A stretch of 64,000 bases of DNA. Source: Schizosaccharomyces osmophilus. Taxonomy: Eukaryota. Below, one piece after another: positions 35,966-48,069 of this stretch. The notes below the pieces were generated by a model, which worked only from the letters and a program-made list of their open reading frames with translations, ran no database searches and had not been told where the DNA came from. The stretch's first letter is position 1; each line of letters opens with the position of its first letter. The stretch is taken from assembly GCF_027921745.1 (NCBI RefSeq), contig NC_079238.1:5394001-5458000 (forward strand). Direction: 5' to 3'. The translations under genes were made by a program, and so were the position numbers.

Positions 35966-37072
35966 AGTAGAAACCATGGATATGGTTTAAGAACCGCTTT
36001 ACCTTAAGACTAGTTATGTGACCTATTATTGTACCCATTTCGCGACACATTTTACCCGATATTGATACACGAATATATCTTCTACATGATTACAAACTAC
36101 GTTCACACTCTAAGGAGTCCTTTTAGAAGGTTTTAACGGCCTCGTTCGTTCCCATGTATTTTCCTGTAGTAATTCATAGAACGAAAGCATTCAGTGACTA
36201 AGGTATATTAATGAAAGCTTGTAGATGTAAAGCAATTTGTCTTCAAAGTCCTAGCCAACAACAGCAAGTCAACTAGAAAACAATTTTGGTGATGCCAAAA
36301 CGTAAAGGCCAATAACTCTATAACACATATGCATGTGCTTTTAATCACAATTTATTTCTTCGACCGTATTCAACAAATGTTGTTGGGTTTACTTACCATT
36401 GAACTTTGTTATCATTAACATAATATCTACAAAAGGTACCTCCTGTTTCAATTTTCAACATAATCAGAAGCAAATTTTTTTATTTTAAGCATCATTTGTT
36501 TCAGTAGTTTACTTTGTAATTAAGTCTATATCCTTCTTGTTCAGATGTTTTGTTAATACATTGGCATAAAACTGTCTCCTTGAACTTTTTGATATTGAAA
36601 TGTAGCAAATTTTAAAGAAACAGTAATTCATTTCAATCCCACATTAGTATAACTCTCAAGCAAGGATTAAAATAGTAGAAGGAGCTTTGAACTGAGCCTC
36701 CGCAACATGAGATCTAAAAGTTACTAACGCTGTACACTATATGAATCAATTGGACTTTAAAGAATCACTTTACCAATATGTATGCCGAGATCCTTTAATG
36801 TTATAGCCGTTTCTCTTGCCGCGCTTTGCGAGCTGAATCTTTAAACCCCACTGTTCACAGTAAAGAGACCATGAAGATGAAAGCTTCCTTTTAACCTAGT
36901 ATATTGATGCTCCTTGTCTATATTATTTTTGTCTTTATGAAGCAATCACTCACCGTACTTAATCAGTGGGTATATTTTCATTGAACAGCAAATCCTGTAG
37001 ACTTTATTAATGTGGCACTTCTGTTAGGGATCCCAGCTTTCTAAAGAGAAACAAGTGTCAACTAAGCGAGCT

Positions 37073-38979
37073 TTAGATTAGTGATCGGCTGTATGCCTGA
37101 ATCCGCTCTTTACCACCAATTACCAGAAACTGCTTATCATTCACGGAATTGTTGAGCCAAAGAATATCAAAATTATCGTTTCCAGTAAGGTTATTTTTTG
37201 AGTTGTATGGTCCAGAAATCGGAGAAAGGCAATCATCCTGACTGTACACATGGATATTACCGACAGCACTTATGACAGCCAGTTGTGAAGCATGAGGAAC
37301 GAATGAAATGCCAGTCAAAGCAAAATTATCTACGCTTTTCTCACAAATACATTCTTTTTTCTTCAAATCATGAACTCGTAAAATACCGTTCTCATGCAGT
37401 GAATACAGACAAGGATTGGGCTCTTGCTTAGCAACGATCCTATTAATGCGATCTTTGATTGCAGGATCTCCGAGTGTTGAATCACCCGCTATCAGGAATT
37501 CATCGACCTGTTCCTGGGTTTCTACTTCATAAAGACGAACAAATCCATCATTCCAAGCAATTGCTAACTGATCACCGACAAGACACATAGACAACGGTTG
37601 CTTGTTGTGTTTTAGAATTTGAAGCAATTGCTCTCCTGTATATTTCCAGCCACGTACCGTATTATCAGAAGATAAAGACAAAAGTATCGGATTTTTTTCT
37701 TTTTTCTCTAAGCATAAAAGTTCCCATACACAATCATCATGACCCGAAAATACTGTAGCTTCTGTCATGGGAATGGAAGACGGCTCATTTGATGAAATAG
37801 CTGGTAATTTCCAGCATCGAATCGTCCCGTCGTGACCTCCACTAAAGATGTGATGAGTAGCTTTAGGTACGCATAAACTTAAGACCGGACCCTTGTGACC
37901 GTAAAAACTTAAGTGAGGAGATAATTCACTCACAATACGTTCGGACGGCTTTTCGGAGAGAGTCCATATATATATAATTCCATCATCAGTACCGGAAGCA
38001 AAACTAGGCGTGCTTCCTGGTAAAGGTTCATGCGTGATACAGCGAGTAATTTCGGCGGAGTTTATAATCTCATACGATAGTTTCCAATTGTCATGTTCTT
38101 CAATAGAATTGTCATTGAAATGAAACTCCTCATTAATATCCAACTGAGTCAGGGCGTCTTGACTCGCATTCAAAGCATCGGACAACGAGGTATTGGCTGA
38201 AGAGCGTTTAATAACCTTCGGTGTCTTTGCGGAATACGGATCACCTGAAGAAGGAAGAGCTGGAGTCATTATTTCATCTTCGAGTAAATCATCACTAATC
38301 ATATCATCAGACAAAGGCTTATTACTATTATCATTTGGTGTAAAATCTTCATCAGTAGCATCATTCAGGATTACCTCCTTTTTTAAAAACGAATCCTGGG
38401 CATTATTTTCTGAATTAAAGGTACTCAAATTCTTTTCCTGTGAATCTGTTTGCTCTTGTAAACTGTTCCAGCGAATATTTGGTTGTAAGTTGGTTAAATA
38501 AACAACTTCCTGGAGAGATCTAAATTTCTATTAGCACCATATTGTCAATCAATTCCTTACTTTTTAATAAAATCTCTGCTTTTGCGTAAACATGCATCAG
38601 ACTTGGATTCTGTAGTGCCGGTAGCATTGAAATCAGGCATGAGAGGGTATACTTTGTCTACTGAAACATTTTTGTTTTTGTAAACTTGATTTAAAGTTTT
38701 TTCTAACATTTCGTTTCGTCTTTCTTGGAAACTATTAGTTTGTTCCAGCCTTGCTTTTTCTCGTTCAAGACTGGCAATTCGAACCTAATTGTTAATAAAC
38801 ATCATTTCATCTATGAATACCTTGAGTTCTGCCTTTTCAATTTCCCATATATTTTTGTCTCTTTCATTTTTGAACGCTTCGTACTGTAAATATTGAATGA
38901 CACCTTGCAAGGTGTACATATTAGGATTTCCATCCTCTAAATTTTCATCCTCCCGTTTATATGGATGAAGAGATTTCAT
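37073..38979 (-). CDS. far8: Striatin, STRIPAK/SIP subunit, 3 exons
   Basis: N-terminal YTLQGVIQYLQYEAFKNERDKNIWEIEKAELK striatin motif plus C-terminal WD40 repeats. Confidence 0.9.
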
Positions 38980-39402
38980 ATTAATGAATTTTTCTAGGTA
39001 TTGGCAGGCTAAAATACCCGTTGTATATTTTCTGAATTACTCGGCGGTAAGCAAACTGGAGGAAAGTTATTAAACACAATATGAATTGAAGATATAGATC
39101 ACTGAATTAGCACTAGTTAGATACCTTCCAATTAATGTAAGAGGTTATAAAATAATAGAAGCCGTCAGTGTGTTATTTTATACATATATTTTATTTTGGC
39201 AGGAACCTTTATGTACCGATGGAATACTTAAATTAGGACAATATCCACATGGGAATGGTCTCTAAATAATTAATTTTCCTATCGAAAAGAATTATGGCAT
39301 AAATATGGCGAGCCATATGTTTCTAACTGACAAAGTAGAAAGTTAACAGATATCATAATATACAAGAATAAACAGCCATAAAAATAAAAAATACATGAAG
39401 CA

Positions 39403-40992
39403 TTAACGCTTCTTAAAAGTCAAAGGCTTTATTTCCCTGGATAAATAGGAACGTTGAAGACCCATTAGGGAAACTTTATCGTGAATCTTCCTCTGTCGTT
39501 TTAGAAGCAAACAGACATCATCGGTTTCAATGGTTTTTCTATGCGCATGATCTGCGTAAGCCGATAGATCCTCCGCGACTTGCTTGAAGAAAATATCGGA
39601 TACTGATGAGAGTTCTTCAATGACACTTGATGAAAGGCTTTTTCTTGAATACGCATTTGCTAATTTTCGTATATTAGAATCAGGTAAAGTTGCTGAAGAT
39701 GCTTTACGATATTTTTGTTTCGGCTTCTTGAAACCATCTTTATCAAACAAGGATATGTTCTTCTCATGGTTATTGACTTCTTCGTTTGCTGCACTAATAT
39801 CACCTATTGGAGGTTCTTGGATCGGTGAAGTATTTCCTTGCATTTCATCTATTCTCGAGGACTCAGCATCAGGGAGAACCTGCTGTTCAAAGCTTTCCTC
39901 TAGTGCAGGCTGCTGAATTGGTGAAGTATTTCCTTGCATTTCATCTATTCTCGAGGACTCAGCATCAGGGAGAACCTGCTGTTTAAAGCTTTCCTCTAGT
40001 GCAGGCTGCTGAATTGGTGAAGTAATTCCTTGCATTTCATCTATTCTAGAGGACTCAGCATCAGATGTTTGCTGCTCTTCCAGTTCTTGAAAAACACTCC
40101 CTTTCGAAACTGTTCTAGGAGTAGGAGATTCTATATGCGACACTTCCGAAAACCCTCCTTCATCTTCGTAAGGCTGAGTATCAAAGACTGGGGGATTGTG
40201 TAGTGATTGACGACCTTTTTCGGATGCTCTAGAAAAAGAAGCATCATTTTCAAAAAGATCTGAGTTGAGTGTGAATATAGGGCTTTGGTACTGGTTCATT
40301 TGCATACTGGCTCTCTGTGTTGAGGGTGTTTCTTCTTCGGCATCAGCCGTTTCATAATCACTCATTGGAAGACGAAATACAGGAATTTCATCGCCAACAT
40401 CTAAGAGCTGGTCGGGTGAATTACTCAGAGCGCTCTCCTGGACACGATTAATCTCCTTCTCCACAGTCTTGGAAAAAGTAAATGGATTTTGCAGGTTGCT
40501 TAATTTTCGAGATTCCGGCGTAAAGATATCACTCATTCTCGCAGAGTAACGTCGCGGTACCTCAATAGATTGCGCAGTTAAGTCGGCTTCTTCCCCATAA
40601 ATTGTACTGTCTCTACGTTCCAAAGAGCGTCTGGATAAGCTCTTTCTAAATGGAGGAGCTATCGGCATTGTAGAAGATGTCCTACGACGCTTCTTTTGGG
40701 AACTGCCATTGCTGTTTTCGGCTGGAGAGGGAATGGGTTGCTTTGCCAGAGCACGGCTTAACACCCTGAGTATATCTCTTGGAGTTTTGTTTGCATGAAT
40801 ATTACTCTTTCTTCTATAAAGAGAACTTTTTCTAGCTAACGCTCGTTGTTTATGGGGTGTAACAGTTCTCTGAGCAGATGGTAAACTAGTTCGATTTCTA
40901 GATGGCGTAAAAAGCCTTTTTTGGGACAAAGTACCCACCAAATGATTAAAGGAGGTCCTTCGAATTGGTGTTTCCAGCCCTGAGTTATTCAT
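39403..40992 (-). CDS. cnp20: Kinetochore protein CENP-T
   Basis: C-terminal histone fold FFKQVAEDLSAYADHAHRKTIE and N-terminal TPRDILRVLSRALAK helix; first ATG at 40992. Confidence 0.9.
   Translation of the reverse strand: MNNSGLETPIRRTSFNHLVGTLSQKRLFTPSRNRTSLPSAQRTVTPHKQRALARKSSLYRRKSNIHANKTPRDILRVLSRALAKQPIPSPAENSNGSSQKKRRRTSSTMPIAPPFRKSLSRRSLERRDSTIYGEEADLTAQSIEVPRRYSARMSDIFTPESRKLSNLQNPFTFSKTVEKEINRVQESALSNSPDQLLDVGDEIPVFRLPMSDYETADAEEETPSTQRASMQMNQYQSPIFTLNSDLFENDASFSRASEKGRQSLHNPPVFDTQPYEDEGGFSEVSHIESPTPRTVSKGSVFQELEEQQTSDAESSRIDEMQGITSPIQQPALEESFKQQVLPDAESSRIDEMQGNTSPIQQPALEESFEQQVLPDAESSRIDEMQGNTSPIQEPPIGDISAANEEVNNHEKNISLFDKDGFKKPKQKYRKASSATLPDSNIRKLANAYSRKSLSSSVIEELSSVSDIFFKQVAEDLSAYADHAHRKTIETDDVCLLLKRQRKIHDKVSLMGLQRSYLSREIKPLTFKKR
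39817..40063 (-). repeat. 96-bp (32-aa) coding tandem repeat in cnp20, about 2.6 copies
   Basis: GGTGAAGTA recurs at 39824, 39920 and 40016; unit DAESSRIDEMQGNTSPIQQPALEESFEQQVLP. Confidence 0.95.
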
Positions 40993-42718
40993 CTGGAAAA
41001 CTATAGACAAACTGGCTACAACGTTTCTATACCGATTGGCAGCAATAATAGTAGTATTTTTTTCTTCAATCTAGTTTTTCTTTCTTTCAGAGACAAAAAA
41101 GAACTAAAACAAGCCAAAAGCTTTTGCTTTGTACATTTCAAGTATTCATGATGAATATGAATGAGGTGAAGTGTAAAGACTATGTAGAAAATTGAAAATA
41201 GAAAACAATGCAGTTGGAAAGTGATCGATTAGTTTTTATAAAAAATAGCAATTTAAAAAACCTTCATATAGTTTTTTCCAAATAGATAATTTGAATTACA
41301 GAAAATGATACACAAAAATGTGTCTAGTCAGAGAAAAAAAGAGAAGCTCAAGACTATCCTTTACCAATTAACTTTCTATCTTATGATTGAATGAAGAGAA
41401 AACTCACAGCAGAGAGGCTACTTGTGAGTCTATTTGGTTGTATTTACATCCAACACAAATGTAAATTAAAATTAAACTGTGAAATAAAGCAACAAAGATG
41501 CTGGTTAAGAAACTGTATCTAAATTTTACATACCTTTATATTTGCGTTGACCTTGACACATATAGGCATTCGTTGAATGTTCACGTAGTGTGTGTTTCTA
41601 TCATTGTGTTCATACGGCATGACACGTGCTTTCCATAGAAACAAGAATATGAGAAATTTAGCCTCACAGAAACAATCTCTAAAAGTAATACTTGTTAAGT
41701 TAACTGTTTCTGCTAAGAAGCCCGATAATAGCAATTGCTTCGTAAAAGCAACCGAAATCGGTCGTTTCCTCCGTCACAATTATGAATTTTTCATATAGAA
41801 GCTAGTAATCATCGTCAACATTTTTTACTAGTAAGAAAGAATAATTCCTCCATTTCCTCGTTTAATTTCTCTGTACGGAGTAACAGTAACAAATATAAAA
41901 GAACACTCGAGGAACGACGTTAAGTAACATGTCACTTTCGTTACTCGGTTGGAAATATATATTTGTTTACTTTTTTCCTGTGTAAATAATGAATTTAATG
42001 ATCAAATGACAAGTTTGCTTTGCACTTTTCTAAAATACGAAGCTAGTGACTTTGAGGATCGCAAAAATATTACCAGCATATTTTGTACTAATTTTGAAAA
42101 GCGTCAAATTAGTCTTTAGGCACTAGAAGCTCATTGCTTCATTTATGTAACTAAGTCTTTCACCGTTAGACATCTTGTATAATTACTAAAAAATTTTGAG
42201 CACTTGAAGAATATACGAATATGTTAAAAATAACCTAAAAAGCAACTTTTCTTTCCGCCTCTCCCAATTGCTTGGCCATAAAACACAAGACAGCAGGGTG
42301 AATGGTCCAATCCGTATGTTTACACAATACTTTTTCATAAACTTTGAAGAAGCAAAAAGAAGTAATACTAGACGACCTCATAATGTCGATTTCAGTTTTC
42401 AAATTTAATTGCTTGGTTTGCCAATATCAGGTGTAACAGTGCAAACACATTCAGCACACTGAATTTTATAATTCGAAAAAAAATAACAATACTCCATATC
42501 GCTATTAGTTGCTGCTTCGCTCGTTGTTTTGTTTACCCCGAACAGAGCTACATTTATTGCAGTGCCCAAGGCAAATGTAGAAGATTGCAAGGCTAAGCAT
42601 CGTTTCCTTCTAAAGGAAACGATCACTTCTTGAACTATAGACGAGTTAATGAATAGCTCATGGAGCGGAATCAAGCAAGAACAAAAAGTATCAAATCTTT
42701 ATAACATTACTCATCTTT

Positions 42719-42752
<34 letters not shown>

Positions 42753-42873
42753 CAAAGCAACCTTGATAAGATATCTACTCCTCTTTCTTGTAGAAAAGAG
42801 GGCACTCTTCGCCCTTTGTATTCCACCATAGTCAGTGAGTCATCCTTACCTTTATAAACGACCACCACATACC

Positions 42874-43378
42874 ATGTCTCAAGTTCAGATTGTCAGGTCT
42901 TTCATAGAGGAGCTATCAAAAAATTCAAGAAAGCATCCAGACAGAATTTCAGTTGATAAAATCAATGGTTCTGCTCTTTCGGTATGTTTACATTTGGAAC
43001 TATTGGATGGAAACTTACAATTTCTTTTAGACAGCTATAGGCTTACCAGAGACTCCATTTCCAAAGGAAGAATTCAAAAATGAAGAAAAAAAAGGTACGC
43101 TGTTCATCGTCCCTCACACGATTTTTAATACTTTTGTAGTGCATATCATTGCGAAAACTGTGCGTCCTCCCGTGATCTCTGCGAGTGCTGAAGTCTCTAC
43201 AAGTAGCACTATTTTGGAACTTAAAGAGTCTCTTGCTCCTCAGTTGAATGTTGCTGTAACTTCACTTCGACTATTGCACAAAGGAAAGCCCTTGGTGAAC
43301 TCGAAATTTTTAGCTGATTATTTTGACCCTGAAGCGACAGAGGTGTCTTTACAGATGTTTTTACTTCAAAGCTCTTAA
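42874..43378 (+). CDS. Small ubiquitin-like domain protein (Get5/Mdy2-like; SPBC800.12c orthologue), 3 exons
   Basis: MSQVQIVRSFIEELS... spliced to the UBL exon ...TILELKESL...LRLLHKGKPL; two GT-AG introns. Confidence 0.75.
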
Positions 43379-43998
43379 TCCAAGTGATCCCTGTCCCCCA
43401 AAATATGAAATATACGTGAAATGGGTTTGATGATATAAAAAGGAAAGAGACACAACTTAAAATCCTCCAAATAATAAAGCGATGTTTAAGATAAACTCAT
43501 TTTTTTTCTTGTTTAGTCATCCTATTTCTATGTTCTTTTCGACATATGAAGTCCTTGGTCTCAGCCGTACAATTATTCAAGAAGATGCCCTTCAGCAAGC
43601 GGATATGGCTCTTTGCTACTGCATTACTATAATGAATTAACAGAATTCCATTCGGAAAACCGTAATCCTGACTACTTGCTTCATGAATTCTTTCCAAAAT
43701 ATCATATTAGAAAACGTATATATTTTTCAGTAACGCGTTACATCTCATTAAAAGCAATTTACATATGCTACAGGGCATTGGTATTCGGGTAAAATAGTTC
43801 CTTAAACTACCCTATTCACTGATATGCTTCCTGAGTTCCTGGTTCAGCACCAGCGCTCAAGAAACGCGTTCCTGCAGTTTTTCTTAATTCATATACTTTC
43901 CATTTATTTACTGCCTTGAATTCGTTAGCAGTCTTTTATTTTATTTAACTATTCTTTATTGCTTTAAATTTCTTTGTCAGTTTTGAAGAAAATCTATA

Positions 43999-46900
43999 AT
44001 GCCGCTGAATCTATCTCCTGAGGAACATAATGGGTTTGATCAGCTTTTTAAGATCGCGGACAAACAAGATATTGGCGTACTCACTGGTGAAGAAGCCGTT
44101 CCTTTCCTTGAAAAGTCAGGATTGGTCCCTCAAGTCTTGGGCCAGGTATGTCATGCTAGATTTGCAGTGTGTTTCAATTAGCAAGCGTGAAATGAACGTG
44201 AAAAAGAGAAATATTCAAGTCCTTAAGAGGAGGTTCCCTTCCCCTTTCATGCTATTTTTTCTTATTTCCTTTTACGTTGTTGCAAATACACTGCATAATA
44301 AGGAGTATATAGTGCCTATACATTGTAAGTTAGTTTATTAACCTTTATGCGTATAGATTTGGCAAATGGCAGATTCAGAGAATCGTGGCTTCTTAACCTT
44401 TTCTGCATTTAGCGTGGCCATGCGACTTATTGCCCTTGCTCAAGAGAAGCGACCTTTTGATTACAGGAATCCTGGCAAAGTACCATATTTTTCGAATGTT
44501 CAACTGTCTAACGTTGAGCCTTCCTCTATCGTTCAACCGTTAGTCTCTAGCACACCTGCAGCTCCCGCACCCGTACCTTCAAATCCTACAGGAAGCGTTC
44601 CTTTGCCTCCCATTGCTCCTGAAGAACTAAATCGTTATCAAAAGATGTTTACCACTGTATGCTCAGCTGATTCACTAATGGACGGTGAACGAGCTAGTTC
44701 CATTTTTGGCCGTGCTCCATTGAGCACTGAAGTTCTTGCTCAAGTTTGGAACCTAGTAGACACCCGTAAGCGAGGTGCTCTAGACATTCGTGAATTCAAT
44801 ACAGGAATGCATCTCGTCAACCTTTTACTTAGTGGAACTTTGAATTCCCTCCCTTCAACGATTTCTCCATCTTTTATTACATCAGCCGTTATGCCGATGC
44901 CTGCTTCGTCGGCTCAATCGCCTCCTGCTCAGAATCCTATAAGGACTCGTAATGTTGCTCCTCCTTCTGATCCTTGGACAATTCCAGCTCAAGACATCAA
45001 CAATTTCTGTCAACTGTTTTATAATGTTGATAAAACACGTAAAGGTTACATATCAGGTTCTGAGGCCTATTCTTTTTTTCTTGCTTCCAAACTTCCTGAG
45101 GATGTTTTAGCCCAAATTTGGGACCTGAGCGATACGAATAGCTCTGGCAAGCTAAATCTCGGTGAATTTTGTATTGCTCTTTTTTTGATTAAGATGAAGC
45201 TTCAGGGAAAAGAATTGCCCTCTGAACTGTTTCCTTCCACCTTATCTTCCGTTACCCCCCTCATGCAGCATAATTCTCCAGCTGTTTCACCTCAGTCTAC
45301 GAATCAGCCTGTGATGCCAATATCACATGCTTCTTCGAAAACCGTCCAACCAACTCGAACTAGTTCGGGAACAGAGGATTTGTTAAGCTTGGATCAAGTT
45401 AGCTTTTCACCTTCTCCACAACCACAGCGTCCTTTTAACGACTTAAAGCCCCAGCCTAGTCAAGATTTGCCTCAGAACTCTGCTTATAACACTCAACCTC
45501 TACAAGCAGTCCATACCTCTGGACTTGTGGCTTCTCCCACATCAACGACTTCTCCATTATCTGGATTCGTACCTCAATCTAACTTTGGCCAGTCGATAGC
45601 CAAGGTCAATATGGATAAGGGTAATGTGCCATCGAAATCTGGCACTCCTCCGGTAGCTACCCCTATACCTCATAAACCCTCCAATGAACAAATGAAAGTA
45701 GCAGCTGAATTGCCAAAATATGAAGCACAACTACAACAAGCTACTGATAACAACAAATACACGGAACAAGAAGCCAAAACCGTCTCAGATAGTCATAGCG
45801 ACGCACAAACGAAGTTGGCCGATATAAGAAAGGCCTATAACGAGGAACTGGCGAAAACCAAGCAGATTACATCGGAAACTGATGCAAAACGTCTACAAAC
45901 CCAACAAATGAAGAAAGATTACGGAATTTTAGAGGCTACTTTGGAAGCTTTGAAGAAGCAAAATGATGAAAAGAAAGTTACTATTGAGGAGGCTCACGCC
46001 GACCTTGAAGCTGCTATCACAATGATAAACAATTCCAACGCTTCAATCCAAGCTTTGAAAGATGAAATTACTCATCAGGAACAAATCTTGACTACTCTGC
46101 ATCAAGAACTTGATACAGTCACTCAACAGTTAGTCAATTTGGATAGAGAAAATAAGTCACTTAGTCAGAAGAAGGAAGGTTTATCTTTGAACATAGGTAA
46201 TACTGAAAAGCAGCTATCTTCTGCAAAAAGTGAACTAGAAAATCAAACGAAAAACCGGAGCACAAATCCTTCTCCGTCTCGAGAATTGCCTAATTCTACA
46301 CACGCTGAGGAAGCTGTGCCATCCCTTTCAACAAAAATAAATGAAGAAGTAAACGAAGAGAATCACAATCGCCCATTCTTACAACAATCGAATAATTTAT
46401 TTGAAGGTCCTGCGAGAGATGTTCGTTCTCCTTCATTAAATTCTGCAGCTTCTTTTGGTATTTCCAAGAATCCTTTCCATAAACTGAAATTTTCAGAGGC
46501 TAACTCTCCTGTGTCCAATTTTTGGGAACAGGAATTCGCTTCCACTGTTTTTCCTCACAGTGCATCAAAAGATACTTCAATGTATAGTAATCCAACTAGC
46601 AAGACCCCCAGCTTGGATACAGAAATGAGATATTCACTTAAGCCCGATTCTTCTCTTGGTGAAAACAGCCATTACGAACTATCAAGCTTTGCTTCTCAGC
46701 GTGGTTCGCCAGTTTCGTCTGACATGGCTAAAATGACAGAGTCAAACGTCAACACTTCTGCATTGTCAGAGCAGTCTGAGAAACGCTCGGAATACAAGCC
46801 ACCCGTTCCTCCTTCTCGCCGTGAAAAGACTATTTCTTCCAAATCCGCTGAAGAAGAATTTCCCCCTATTCAATCTACTGAACCAGAGGAAGAGAGTTCT

Positions 46901-47311
46901 GATGATAATGAGCAAACAAAGATCGTTCACGGAGCCTCCGGTACTCCTCTTCCAAATAATGACGGATACTTGAAAACATCCACAACTACGCACGTAGAAA
47001 ATGAACTTCCTCCTTCAGTCTCACATTTTCCCGAATTGAATGATAGTTATTCCGACAAAATGAAGTTAGCCCCACAAAATGGTTTTTACGTCGGGGATTC
47101 GAGTGACTCGAACAGACCTTTTGACTTTGAGACAGCTAACGAATCGGACAATGAAGGATTCAGCTCTCAACCTGTTCCTGTAAAAAGCGATTCTACAGAG
47201 GATGCGTTCAATGTTGATGAATTTTCAAGTGAGTTTCAACATCTTCAAGCTGCCAAGGTTAGTGATGATGAAGACCATGACGCTATTGAGAATGGGAAAG
47301 CAAGGACATGA
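43999..47311 (+). CDS. ede1: EH-domain endocytic scaffold Ede1/Eps15; one intron (about 44146-44356)
   Basis: Three EH domains (LGQ|IWQMAD, LAQVWNLVD, LAQIWDLSD), a coiled coil, an NPF motif and a PPVPPSR motif. Confidence 0.93.
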
Positions 47312-48069
47312 CTGTAAGCAATCTTCCGTAAATTATGATAAGAGGATCCAGAAATTCGTTCAACTAATCTCGTTTTGCTTGTTTTAATCAGAATGTTCAC
47401 GATACGATAATTTTTATAAAGGTAGCCTACCATTAAAGCGGTTTTTGATGAAGAACGATAGTCTGTTCAATATCTTATTTTTCATTTGCTGCTTTGGGCG
47501 TATTACGTTACAACAATAATCAAACTAAAGGTAAAATAAATGAAGTCTTATGTTCATCGCTCGCAATTTAGTTAAGTGATAAAATAGTTAGTTACATAAA
47601 CCTGCAAATATTGAAGAACGCTTTTACGAAGTCTCAATGAAAACAAATTATTATGTTTAAAATTCACGTACACGTGTATTCTCTAATTCGTATTTTATAC
47701 AACGTGTTCGGTGGAAATTAATAACAAATATAGCTTAAGATTTCTTTTGATATTGAAAATTTTGTGAAACGCGTTTGACCTGTCTTTATACATTACCAGA
47801 AAATTATTACAACCACAAATACGAAAAAAAGTTAATAAATCATTTATTTTTATTTTTATTTTTTTATTTATGGAATAAGAAGTCTAATGAAGATCTTTTA
47901 GATACTCTCAAGCCTAATTAGGAAAAAAAACGACAGCAGGAAAGCTTTTTCTGCATTTGAATGAACTTTGCTCTGAGCTTTATTCAACAGGAACCAAGTA
48001 AATTTATGCTTTGAGATATACTTACGTTTATGCCAATATCGTTTGATTTCTACATTTTAGGTACAACGA

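Noticed and set aside
43497..43697. 66-aa minus-strand ORF where S. pombe has a nucleoside hydrolase (SPBC800.11, as recalled)
   Set aside because: No hydrolase motifs and a non-ATG start; cannot be called a remnant.
43733..43869. Two ACGCGT (MCB) hexamers upstream of ede1
   Set aside because: Short motifs 130 bp apart, and ede1 is not an expected MBF target.
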